Shown here: in pieces, positions 63,875 through 64,000 of the stretch
Layout of the letters: each line of letters begins with the position of its first letter
Numbering within the stretch: position 1 is the stretch's first letter
NCBI GenBank assembly: GCA_028534125.1
Contig: CM052817.1
Span: forward strand, 96,474,001 to 96,538,000
Direction of reading: 5' to 3'
From: Lama glama
Taxonomy: Eukaryota
DNA length: 64,000 nucleotides
Made by a program: the position numbers and the translations under genes
The notes under the pieces: model-generated
What the model saw: the letters and a program-made list of their open reading frames with translations, nothing else
Database searches by the model: none
What the model was told of the DNA's origin: nothing

Positions 63875-64000
63875 GGGTTAGAGACGAACAACCTGGGTTT
63901 AATCCCTATCTCTGCCACCTGTTAACTGTGTCACTTGTGCAGATTACTCAGCCTCTCTATAGCTCAATTCCGTCGTCTGTGAAATGGGGATAATAATCTC
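63875..64000 (+). mobile_element. MIR SINE (runs off the window end)
   Basis: 'acctgggtttaatccctatctctgccac...ctgtgtcacttg...ctgtgaaatggggataataat'. Confidence 0.85.

Overview
Mammalian, AT-rich (roughly 39% GC by eye) genomic DNA, very probably camelid (camel/llama/alpaca). It carries three copies of a tRNA-derived SINE matching the camelid vic-1 type, plus artiodactyl-type L1 3' UTRs; I saw no Alu, B1/B2 or Bov-tA/BovB SINEs. I found no recognisable cellular protein-coding gene, tRNA, rRNA or CRISPR array. ORFs in the track are either L1 ORF2 debris or chance ORFs. A large part of the window is transposon-derived (L1, L2, MIR, MaLR/ERV1 LTRs, MER20B, MER82, MER94). L1 and LTR copies lie on both strands, which fits intergenic or non-coding DNA. 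The most interesting signals are: (1) a dense cluster of K50 paired-class homeodomain (CRX/OTX/PITX-type) sites with a TATA box at ~4.15-4.75 kb, with related motif clusters at ~8.0, 54.2 and 56.9 kb, suggesting a retina/pineal-type regulatory landscape and possibly a + strand lncRNA; (2) a ~900-bp TSD-flanked, polyadenylated mosaic retro-insertion (orphan transduction or retrocopy) splitting an L2 at 57.0-57.9 kb; (3) several well-preserved retrotransposition mechanism fossils (twin priming, re-use of one target site, a micro-inversion). Repeat family names come from remembered consensus sequences, not from a search. No new biological system can be demonstrated from the sequence alone.
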